From Candidatus Omnitrophota bacterium (lineage in GTDB: Bacteria > Omnitrophota > Omnitrophia > Omnitrophales > Aquincolibacteriaceae): a stretch of 64,000 nucleotides of DNA. Position numbers and translations under genes: made by a program. The notes under the pieces were generated by a model. That model was not told the origin of the DNA and searched no databases. It saw nothing but the letters and a program-made list of their open reading frames with translations. The stretch is from contig JAYTHE010000002.1 of assembly GCA_043732705.1 (NCBI GenBank), positions 191,608 to 255,607 of the forward strand, given 5' to 3'. Each line of letters begins with the position of its first letter. Position 1 is the stretch's first letter. Positions 30,301-37,791 of this stretch are shown here, in pieces.

Positions 30301-31451
30301 AGGTCGCACCGCTTGCGCCATCCGTCGGTGGAGGGGACCGAAAATATATTGAGAATAGTAAGGCAGTGGATAGATTTTCACAAATGGTACCTACATCTAG
30401 GCTAAGAAGCTTTATTCTAAATTACTTTGTACTGCAATTCCAAGATAAGGATCTATTGAAAAAAATTTCAAAACGGACAGATCCACGAAAATTCATGCCA
30501 CTTACAACAATAATTAATGCTTTTGTTGTAACTCAGGATCCGAAAGTACTTCAAGAAATGGAAAAAATTTCGACAATCGTAGATTTGCCCGAAAGTTTGC
30601 GAACGGTTGTTGTAGCTAAAATTGTAGAGTTGAAGTTTGGAATTTCACAAAAAAAGGCGAAGGAGAAACGATCTGAGATGCGGGATGCAGTTGCAGATGA
30701 TTTTTTGCTGCCGCAAGGCCCCACGATTGATGTGGCGACGTTGAAACGAATGGCAGAAACATTTAAAGCCGGAATTTATTCCTTGGCGGCGAAGGTAGTT
30801 GCAGGGATGGGTTTTCAGCCTAAGTCACTGATTCTTCCGACCGTAGATTCTATCTTACCGCTTCCGCAAGATGTGTCGAGTTTAGGAGGAAATGTTGTTT
30901 CTATTTTTACGCCTGATAATGCAAAAGCAGAAGCTAAGATCGTCATCGCGCAAAAATTTTCAGCTTTCCCCGAGGCAACATCTGATTTTAAGCAGCTTCT
31001 TTCTTGGGCAAGATATATAGCTAGCCACAAAGGGTTGGTTTGGAGCTTTCAGGTTACACAGTCGCAGGAAGCTTCCGCGAGGAGCTTTCGTCAGATGTTT
31101 TTGCAGCTAGCAAGTCAGAATGGATTGCAAATTTCGCAAAATCAAATTTTTTTGGAACGTGTTCCTGCAGGTGTTTTTAATTTGTCTAAATTTGCCAAGC
31201 TAGACCTCGCCGCGATTGCCCCGGATGCAGCTGTCCTGAGCCCTTTAAATGTGGGCATTAAAGGGCGTGTTATTTTGACAGCAGCTGACGGCATCGATGG
31301 TCTTGCTGCCGGCTTGATCGTTACAGCAGAAGCTTTACTGTCGCCTCTAGGATTTCCTCAAAAGGTGGTTCGTGCAAGTGAGCTGCACCCTTTTGGTTTG
31401 GACTATCAAGCAGTTCTTATGGCCGTAGCTGCGTTTGCAAGAGCTGCATAA
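27360..31451 (+). CDS. 1363-aa modular secreted protein: putative ChaN/TraB-like metallohydrolase N-domain, RSExR-bounded middle module, C-terminal domain
   Basis: Signal peptide; HIQTAHGH, FIEG, GIE, KRD and ITGGFH motifs; RSESR (aa 576-580) and RSEMR (aa 1104-1108); ends FARAA; the function call is inference. Confidence 0.6.
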   Translation: MKKQSSFFRRLVSLVTTLLISFSGTPGFSAPSSSDSVVLSAHAFSSSLASEILQIPRQLGRVESFHAGKGKTLIHIQTAHGHYEAQKKIAAILQDLENQYGTTTVFIEGSWGKLYPEILRFFPENPKLTHELNDALTHKAIVKGEELYLIDSKKGEGYGIENEQAYLENAAAFASVVKAREGSRKFLTAAMDGIEKISAGYLNNDLRGFLRREESFQNGVTPLDSWIEELHKQVTKQYGQDLADAAFQLEWPMLVRYFTIKKLESSMNVETLDSERVSFLKEFDKVSSLRSPVSGLKDSIESLLSAKDASLGLQAEMVQSIFIQMMRALPQDFDYSRYPNVKAMIGILLLQSELDAHLMTAEIEKLTNLLAGKMATQATEKQFLSVYQRKILLTKLLNLELAPDDYEKILGSPASGLRPSHLFLEIQKLNTENRVRGIEFKHTAELDAIYEKALAFYAGAKKRDQYLIENVEKQMDQLGVDKAVVITGGFHAEPFRKYFEAKNYTYALLMPTLSSVDDKGREAYLNVMNEQLKIKTKTSTANTISPATRAGVSTLEAGLASLSSEDGNLALAGVERSESRLLSLRAKASTYIAAVLFALSSASPVSAQTRRVLPVVPSDATAQQAAFDKYMETADDGKLAASFASFVEKKNAPAYLLFSYAKAAAKQGRQETVVRQLGLIIQYLVDAYQFNEADLRKVLEALDSNPEIRQNSGVVAAVKSITSLVPKELVGSSEQKKEKPVASVIIRAEGGKGLILGPSETVTEKSTGEEIKLTGIQKGSPEELLFNQFFNGGDVVQPGGVNPKDASRVKFSLQALAQIHELAPEKRVQFVKSMFDLLPAMKPALPNEKEFKEIKRITLSELANTFYLFKFPPSAISFFLNELVAPKNSSLVADPFFRPYVLALVSELVDQLSMDLLEYKKWAQSVLIKEYEVFIAKFADDAIRKVLVAPEEALGPDTRMWYMRMTGVLLSAPNFIDPFVKVAPLAPSVGGGDRKYIENSKAVDRFSQMVPTSRLRSFILNYFVLQFQDKDLLKKISKRTDPRKFMPLTTIINAFVVTQDPKVLQEMEKISTIVDLPESLRTVVVAKIVELKFGISQKKAKEKRSEMRDAVADDFLLPQGPTIDVATLKRMAETFKAGIYSLAAKVVAGMGFQPKSLILPTVDSILPLPQDVSSLGGNVVSIFTPDNAKAEAKIVIAQKFSAFPEATSDFKQLLSWARYIASHKGLVWSFQVTQSQEASARSFRQMFLQLASQNGLQISQNQIFLERVPAGVFNLSKFAKLDLAAIAPDAAVLSPLNVGIKGRVILTAADGIDGLAAGLIVTAEALLSPLGFPQKVVRASELHPFGLDYQAVLMAVAAFARAA

Positions 31452-31469
31452 ACTTTTTCTCTAACTTTC

Positions 31470-31510
31470 AAAACCCCTTTGGCCTTTGTGGCTGAAGGGG
31501 TTTTTTCTTT
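31470..31510 (+). terminator. Rho-independent terminator
   Basis: AAAACCCCTTTGGCC-TTTGT-GGCTGAAGGGGTTTTTTCTTT. Confidence 0.85.
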
Positions 31511-31542
31511 TTACTACGCAAACTACTACGCTATAATTTGGG

Positions 31543-31605
31543 TTTGAAATTAATTCAGATCTTGAGGTGAAAGCCGTTACTTAAAAATAATTCTCTTTTG
31601 GAATT
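31543..31605. repeat. 63-bp imperfect direct repeat, left of the fic gene
   Basis: 54/63 identical to 32867-32929; last 35 bp 34/35 identical. Confidence 0.9.
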
Positions 31606-31742
31606 CTCAATATCCAAAGCTTTATATACCATGAAAAAAGAAATATAAAATTTCAATTTTCATGGTCTTGCTCCTCAGCTTAAGGCCGATCTGGCTTTTA
31701 TGAAAAACTACCATAATCGGCGAGTTGGCGATGGCGGTATCC

Positions 31743-31785
31743 ACTTGACAAAAAACTTGACGAAAACTTGACGTAATTATATTCT
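31743..31785 (+). promoter_or_regulatory. fic promoter with triple ACTTGAC repeat
   Basis: ACTTGAC at 31743, 31755 and 31766; TTGACG-17bp-TATTCT ending 5 nt before the ATG. Confidence 0.6.
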
Positions 31786-31790
31786 CTTAT

Positions 31791-32813
31791 ATGCCTTATT
31801 ATCCTCGATTTAAAATTACTCCACGGCTGCTTGCTCTCATTTCAAAAGTAATTATGTTGAAGACGCGTATTGATCAAAGTGCGGTTCAGCTTTTTGTTTT
31901 TCCTGCACTTTCCCGAGATACATTTGTCAGGCTAGCGCATTCATCTACCGCAATTGAGGGGAACACCTTGTCGCTTCATCAAGTCAGTGAATTAGCAAAG
32001 GGGAAAAAAGTGGATGCAGAGGTAAAACAGAAGACCGAAGTTAAGAACTACTTAAGAGCACTCAAAATGATTTCGGGGTGGAGATCGGGGCGATGTATGA
32101 ACGAGGGCAATCTCCTTAAATTGCATCGTTTATTAATGCTCGGACTTTTGGATTCCGGTAAAGCTGGAAAATATAAGCAAAAGCCAAATCGTGTTATGGG
32201 CCCAAAAGGAGAAACGGTTTACTATCCTCCCTCGCCTGAAAAGTGTGTTGCTTTTGTGAAAGAGATGATTCAGTGGCAAAGCTCAAAGCAAGCCAAAGAA
32301 CTTTCGCCTGTTGTGACGAGCGCTATTCTCCATCATCGCCTGGTTTCGATTCATCCATTTACCGATGGCAACGGACGGATTTCCAGACTTTGGGGACTGG
32401 CTTATTTATTTGCAAGCGAATTTGACGCGCATCATTTATTTGCGCTTGATGAATGCTTTGATTTCGATCGACAGAAGTATTATGACAAAATTCAGCAGGC
32501 ACGAGACCTGGATGATGATTTAACTTTTTGGATTGAGTATATAGCGGAATGTTTGGTTGAGACGCTTGAGAAGACATTGCGGCGTATCGCTCAAATTGCG
32601 ATGAGAAATTTAAAGGGTAAGATCAATATTAATTCAAGGCAGGAGCAAATTTTGAATTTTTTGAATCAGCAAGGAACAGCTAAATCTCCCGATCTAGAGA
32701 AAAAATTTAAATTAACAAGGTCGCGGATTCAGCAGCTGATTAAGCCTTTGGTTGACGCGGGTTTGGTCGAATCTTCAGGGAAGACTCGGGCAACATTTTA
32801 TTTTTTAAAATAG
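31791..32813 (+). CDS. Fic family protein (class II, autoinhibited) with C-terminal winged HTH
   Basis: Catalytic HPFTDGNGRISR; inhibitory STAIEGN; C-terminal LTRSRIQQLIKPLVDAGLV. Confidence 0.92.
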   Translation: MPYYPRFKITPRLLALISKVIMLKTRIDQSAVQLFVFPALSRDTFVRLAHSSTAIEGNTLSLHQVSELAKGKKVDAEVKQKTEVKNYLRALKMISGWRSGRCMNEGNLLKLHRLLMLGLLDSGKAGKYKQKPNRVMGPKGETVYYPPSPEKCVAFVKEMIQWQSSKQAKELSPVVTSAILHHRLVSIHPFTDGNGRISRLWGLAYLFASEFDAHHLFALDECFDFDRQKYYDKIQQARDLDDDLTFWIEYIAECLVETLEKTLRRIAQIAMRNLKGKININSRQEQILNFLNQQGTAKSPDLEKKFKLTRSRIQQLIKPLVDAGLVESSGKTRATFYFLK

Positions 32814-32866
32814 ACTTTGCTTCGCAATCGAGCTTTTTTTACAGAAATTTTCATAGCTAATTTCAA

Positions 32867-32929
32867 TTTGAAGCTCATTCAGATCTTTTGTTTGAAGCCG
32901 TTACTTAAGAATAATTCTCTTTTGGAATT
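32867..32929. repeat. 63-bp imperfect direct repeat, right of the fic gene
   Basis: Matches 31543-31605. Confidence 0.9.
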
Positions 32930-32994
32930 TATGCTATAAATAAGCAGTTTTAATTCTATTTAGATAGTTAAATAGATAGAATGATATTGAAATT

Positions 32995-35172
32995 ATGATG
33001 TTTAAAAGCAATGTCTTGGAGAAAAACAGCATTATTAGAAGAGGGTTTTGCCTTTTTGTCATGTTTATTTTTTTTTCCGGGCATGTTTTTGCGGAAGATG
33101 ACACGAAGTTAAAAACGAAAGAGGCAGCGCAGAATTCAGTGACTGCAGCCGATTTAGATCAGGTACAGGCAGATCAGACGGCGAAGAAAGGCTCTTCTGA
33201 ATTACACGACTCTCAAGTAACGACAAAGTCAGAATCTAAGGAGCAGGCAAACGATGTTTCGACGGAAGACGTTGTGTCAACAAGTCAGGTTGATGTAAAT
33301 AAAGCGATGGAACAAACTTTGCAAGAAACCATGATTAAAGAGATCAAGGCCTATTATCCTATTATTCGTGGTATTAGTTTTGAATCGAAGGAAGACTTGC
33401 TTGTTATGAAAATTGATTATGACCAATCATCAGAGACAGATCTTTTGAATATTCAAACCAATTTAATAAAAGGGAAAATGATTGCAGCGATAACTTTTAA
33501 ATCAGCTCTTTTGCAAAAGAAAGAAGATGTGAAGGTTGAGGGTGATCATGAGTTGATTGAGGCGGTGACATTGACGCCCAATCTTGGCTTGTCGTCTAAA
33601 CTTGGAAATGATGAAAAACTTTTTTTTGTGAATCAAGTGCAGTTTCAGCTTTTAAAGCCGGTGCGTTGGAAAGTAACTCAAGTTCCGGGGACTTTAAAAA
33701 TAGAATTTAAGCCTTATTTGGCGGGAGAAGAAGAGGAAGAGAAAAAGCAGAAAGAAGACCTCGTTTTTCAAGCTCCGCCGCCGCAAAACACGCAGCAAAT
33801 TTTAGGCGAAAGCTACACCAGGGAACGGGAATATGAAAGCAATGTGGTTTCAGGCGGTGAGCCGACTTTAATTGAAAGCTTAGAAGGGGGCGAGAGGGCG
33901 GCTTCGCAGCTTTTTGGCCGTGGCATTGTCACGGATTATAGTAAAGGTCTTTCGGAAGAAGCGGTTCGCGTGGACATGAAAAGTCGTTACCCCACTTTCG
34001 GGAGTTTGGATTATTGGAAAAAAAATATAAGCGGTGTGATTTCGAACACAGCTCGTTTTATGAAAAAACAGCGCAAGCAAAGCTTTTTTCCCGTGGATGA
34101 TCCCGGTTTGGCCGTTGTTTTTGACCGCAAGGGTCCTGCACATGTTAGGTTGGGATATAATGTTCAGCGTGAACTCCCGTTTTTTTATGGAACTCTTCAC
34201 CGCACAAAGCGATTAGCACCCATGGATGGGTTCATGCGGCATGATATTAAAGGTGGAGTTGTCTTTAAAAGTCAAAGCCCTTGGATTTATTCTATTCAAA
34301 ATAATTACAGCGTCGGAACAAGTGAGAATTTGAGTCAGCCCTCTAAATTTGGTGACCGACTTTCTGCTTACCAATATGCTGCGGGGCATGGCCTTCGTTA
34401 TAATTTTAAACGGGGTTATGCTCAGTTAGGATCAGGGTTGTTGTGGAGGACGGAGGAGCGCGGCATCAACGAAGATGTTAAAGGTTATATTTCCACGCTA
34501 TGGGTGCGTCCTTGGACTAAAAAAATTACAACACGCTTAGAATATGATTATACGCGCACATTTCTGCATGATCCAAGACCCATTCTCGATGTCAATGTTC
34601 ATAAAATGTATTTTGGATTGGATTATAAGCCGAATAAAAATGTGACTCTTACGCCTAATTTAGGCTGGTCCTTTTATGACGGAGAATCATTCGCAGGGTT
34701 TGTGGGTGGATTTAAATACCGACACAAAATTAATTCGCGTGACAGTGTGACGATAAATTATTCCACGGATTTCATCAGAAGCCAATCGCTTAACTTTGCA
34801 TCAGAATCATTGGCAACCACTCGCGGCACGTTTGGTCCAAGCGATGCATTGGTGCGGTATCAAACCATTTCCGCCGATTTTAATCATCAATTAACCAAAC
34901 GAATTAATTTTAATTTTACAGCAAGTTATCGTCGTGAAAGACAGTTCGAAATTAAGGACAGTGACCGATTGGATGAGTACCGTGTTTCAGCCGGATTAAG
35001 CCGCCAAATTTCAAAAGAATGGGCCTTGCAACTGCGCTACAGCCTTATTTATTTAAATGCTTATCGCATATCGGAGGATACATTAGGAAATAAGGTTAAG
35101 CGAGACGCGGGTAATACGGAGCACAGTGTTGATTTAAGAGTGTTGCGCTATTTTGGTGAAACAGGAAGATAA
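32995..35172 (+). CDS. Outer-membrane beta-barrel protein, probably polysaccharide export, with periplasmic N-terminal domain
   Basis: Signal peptide (VFA); C-terminal half made of amphipathic strands with alternating Y/F; directly upstream of wza. Confidence 0.6.
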   Translation: MMFKSNVLEKNSIIRRGFCLFVMFIFFSGHVFAEDDTKLKTKEAAQNSVTAADLDQVQADQTAKKGSSELHDSQVTTKSESKEQANDVSTEDVVSTSQVDVNKAMEQTLQETMIKEIKAYYPIIRGISFESKEDLLVMKIDYDQSSETDLLNIQTNLIKGKMIAAITFKSALLQKKEDVKVEGDHELIEAVTLTPNLGLSSKLGNDEKLFFVNQVQFQLLKPVRWKVTQVPGTLKIEFKPYLAGEEEEEKKQKEDLVFQAPPPQNTQQILGESYTREREYESNVVSGGEPTLIESLEGGERAASQLFGRGIVTDYSKGLSEEAVRVDMKSRYPTFGSLDYWKKNISGVISNTARFMKKQRKQSFFPVDDPGLAVVFDRKGPAHVRLGYNVQRELPFFYGTLHRTKRLAPMDGFMRHDIKGGVVFKSQSPWIYSIQNNYSVGTSENLSQPSKFGDRLSAYQYAAGHGLRYNFKRGYAQLGSGLLWRTEERGINEDVKGYISTLWVRPWTKKITTRLEYDYTRTFLHDPRPILDVNVHKMYFGLDYKPNKNVTLTPNLGWSFYDGESFAGFVGGFKYRHKINSRDSVTINYSTDFIRSQSLNFASESLATTRGTFGPSDALVRYQTISADFNHQLTKRINFNFTASYRRERQFEIKDSDRLDEYRVSAGLSRQISKEWALQLRYSLIYLNAYRISEDTLGNKVKRDAGNTEHSVDLRVLRYFGETGR

Positions 35173-35190
35173 TTAATTAAGGAGGAATCA

Positions 35191-35793
35191 ATGAACTATA
35201 AAAAATTAATAGCATGCTTGATGATCATGGGCTTAACCTTTTCAGGGTGGGCTGCTGAGAAAAATCAATCCGAAGGTGTTCGGGCTGTTACCGCTGTTTC
35301 GCAGCGCGGTCTCCGTGTAGGTGACACGTTAAATATTACGGTGTGGCAGCACAAGGATCTGAGTACCACGCTTGTGGTTGATGAAGGTGGCAATATTGAA
35401 TATTTATTTTTGGGTGTTATCCCTGTTGCAGGAAAGACACTCACAGAAGTGAAGGAAATTTTGAAAAAGGGAATTTCTGATAATTACATTGTTGATCCCA
35501 AAGTTGATATTTCTATGGATCGTAAGTCGCTGACATTTTTTGTGACAGGAGAAGTGCTCAAGCCCGGAACTTATGAGTTTCATCCCGGCGTATCCGTTTT
35601 AGAGGCGATTGCTTTGGCGGGAGGTTTTACTGACTACGCTTCGCGTAAAATTAAAGTGATTCGGAAAACTGGGGATGGAAAAGAAAAGGAAATCAAAATA
35701 AATACCAAAAAACTTCTTCGCGCGACAGACAAGCGTGAGGAGTCGAGAGTTCAAGTGGATGACATTCTCGTGGTGGAGCGGGCTTGGTGGTAA
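35191..35793 (+). CDS. wza: Short polysaccharide export (OPX/Wza-type) protein
   Basis: GDTLNITVW, VDEGGNI..LG.I.VAGKT, VTGEV.KPG.Y, AIALAGGFT; Poly_export plus one SLBB only. Confidence 0.88.
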   Translation: MNYKKLIACLMIMGLTFSGWAAEKNQSEGVRAVTAVSQRGLRVGDTLNITVWQHKDLSTTLVVDEGGNIEYLFLGVIPVAGKTLTEVKEILKKGISDNYIVDPKVDISMDRKSLTFFVTGEVLKPGTYEFHPGVSVLEAIALAGGFTDYASRKIKVIRKTGDGKEKEIKINTKKLLRATDKREESRVQVDDILVVERAWW

Positions 35794-35815
35794 GGAAGGG
35801 TATTCGAAATAAAAT

Positions 35816-37774
35816 TTGCCTATGATTAATTCTAAGATTTTATATCAATGTTTTAGGGTTTGGATTCTGCCGGTATTTCTTCTTTTAGCGGGAGCGGCGA
35901 CTTTTTTTTATTGGGCTGAAAGCCAGATGCGAGTTCCGGGTGGGCTTCGGGACATTGAATATTGGCAAGCTGCGATGTTATCCACCAATGCCGCTGGTGA
36001 CTTAAAGCCGCTTTCTGGCTATTTACACCAGCGCGTGGCGGAAATGGTAGCGGAGCCCAAACATAATCGCGAAAGTGTTTTTATTTTTGGATTCATGGAC
36101 CGCATTCTTCAAGAGGCAAAGCCGCTTCGAAAAATTTCCGACCTGAAGTATGCGCTATTGGTTTATAAGCAGCAGCTTTTTCTTGCCGCTCCATCTGCCT
36201 TAAGATTGTATTTTTCAATCCGCCATCTTTTAGGTGCGGATAAACTGAATGGGGATATGGGGCAAGATCTCATTTCAGAATCGGATCTGAGGCTTGAGAA
36301 ATTGGTGCATTTGAAAGAGATCGAGAAGATAGGGGGGCTTCCGGCTTTGCGAGCTTTTTTTGAAAAAATGTTAGTGAGCCCTGAATTTTCTCATTTTCAA
36401 GCGCCTGTTATGTTGGATTTGGCCTTTTTTCTTTATGAAAAAGATCCTTCCGAAGCGAGCAGATTGATTGATCGTTTGAATAAAAAAAAGCCCAATTATG
36501 CAGTTCGCCATGCGGCGGCTTATTTACGGAACAAATTGATACAAAAAAGGGCTTTAGATGAAAAGCATTTCAAATCGTCTGAACTTGAAATCGAAAATCT
36601 TTTCAAAATGGGTTTATTTGAACGCACCGCTCAAAGACTGAATGTTGGTAAAAGTCCGCTTTTTTCAAAACAAATGCAGGCAATGCAAAGCTGGCTTGGT
36701 TTGGGAGGTAGTCTGGTTTCAAGCGACAAACAGTCTTTGCTGGCGATCTATTACGGTATTCTTTCGGAGGCTCTTAAGGATCCCTCCGCTGCGTCAGACC
36801 AATTGGTTAAACTTGCGGAAGATAACAACTCTGCTGCATACAGCGCTCTTTTGCGGTATCAGGCTTGGAGTTTGGCCTATTTTGATGCAAAGAGTTATAG
36901 CCGCGCCTTTTTTATTGCTGAGTTTTTAAAATTAAGTGACCCATTAAGTCCGTACAGTCAGCTTGAGTTAGTCAAAGGAATGTTCCGACTTTCCTCTAAA
37001 AGTTTTACCGGCTCAAAATTACTGCAGGCTTGGCAGGAGGAGCCGTATCGTTTTGACATGATTCGTAAAGACAATTGGGGTGGTTTTAAAGAAGGTAAAA
37101 ATCGCAAAAGCGAAATAACAGTTCACGAGGGGCGCGTTTATGTTGTGAAATATAATGAATCCGGACAAGCCGAAATATTGCAAGAAGTTGGCGCAGGTGA
37201 ACGCGTGTCAGATCAAAGGGCGGGAGAGGAGGATTTAAAGGAGCCGGTTAAAATGGGGTGGATGGACCAGTTTTTTTATAGCGCAATGATGAAATTTATC
37301 CCGTTGGGAATTCGAACGTTTAAAGAACAAATTGCTAAGCCGGCACAAAATCTTAAAAAATCAGTTTTTACGCGTTTATATAAGCAGGAAGAGTTTCAGG
37401 TTTTTGTTCTCGATAAAATACGCCCCTCTTTAGGGGGCGCTGTTCAGGCGATGCAGGCTCAGATTAATGAGCAAGGCTTCAGCATTTATTCCGTTTTTAA
37501 TCTTAAACTGGTCACCCTTGCAGTTTCGGGTTTAGGCAAGCTAAAAGCCAATGAGGATGGGCGATTGATCTTGAAACTGGATCATGTTAGAGTCGCAAAA
37601 GTTTATCTTCCGAAATGGCTTTTGAAGCGTGTGGAAAAGAGTTTTAATTTGTCAGCCAATTCAGAGGGGGCATCCGAAACAGCTCAAATTGATATTCTTG
37701 ATATGCAATATCAATCCGGCGGCATTTTGATTCGGTGTCGGAAAAAGTCATTTCAAGCGACCACGATTGTCTAA
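35816..37774 (+). CDS. Hypothetical membrane-anchored protein, helical/TPR-like body with beta-rich C-terminal domain
   Basis: Single N-terminal TM; 652 codons; between wza and wzc. Confidence 0.6.
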   Translation: MPMINSKILYQCFRVWILPVFLLLAGAATFFYWAESQMRVPGGLRDIEYWQAAMLSTNAAGDLKPLSGYLHQRVAEMVAEPKHNRESVFIFGFMDRILQEAKPLRKISDLKYALLVYKQQLFLAAPSALRLYFSIRHLLGADKLNGDMGQDLISESDLRLEKLVHLKEIEKIGGLPALRAFFEKMLVSPEFSHFQAPVMLDLAFFLYEKDPSEASRLIDRLNKKKPNYAVRHAAAYLRNKLIQKRALDEKHFKSSELEIENLFKMGLFERTAQRLNVGKSPLFSKQMQAMQSWLGLGGSLVSSDKQSLLAIYYGILSEALKDPSAASDQLVKLAEDNNSAAYSALLRYQAWSLAYFDAKSYSRAFFIAEFLKLSDPLSPYSQLELVKGMFRLSSKSFTGSKLLQAWQEEPYRFDMIRKDNWGGFKEGKNRKSEITVHEGRVYVVKYNESGQAEILQEVGAGERVSDQRAGEEDLKEPVKMGWMDQFFYSAMMKFIPLGIRTFKEQIAKPAQNLKKSVFTRLYKQEEFQVFVLDKIRPSLGGAVQAMQAQINEQGFSIYSVFNLKLVTLAVSGLGKLKANEDGRLILKLDHVRVAKVYLPKWLLKRVEKSFNLSANSEGASETAQIDILDMQYQSGGILIRCRKKSFQATTIV

Positions 37775-37791
37775 AAAGTTAAAGGATATTT

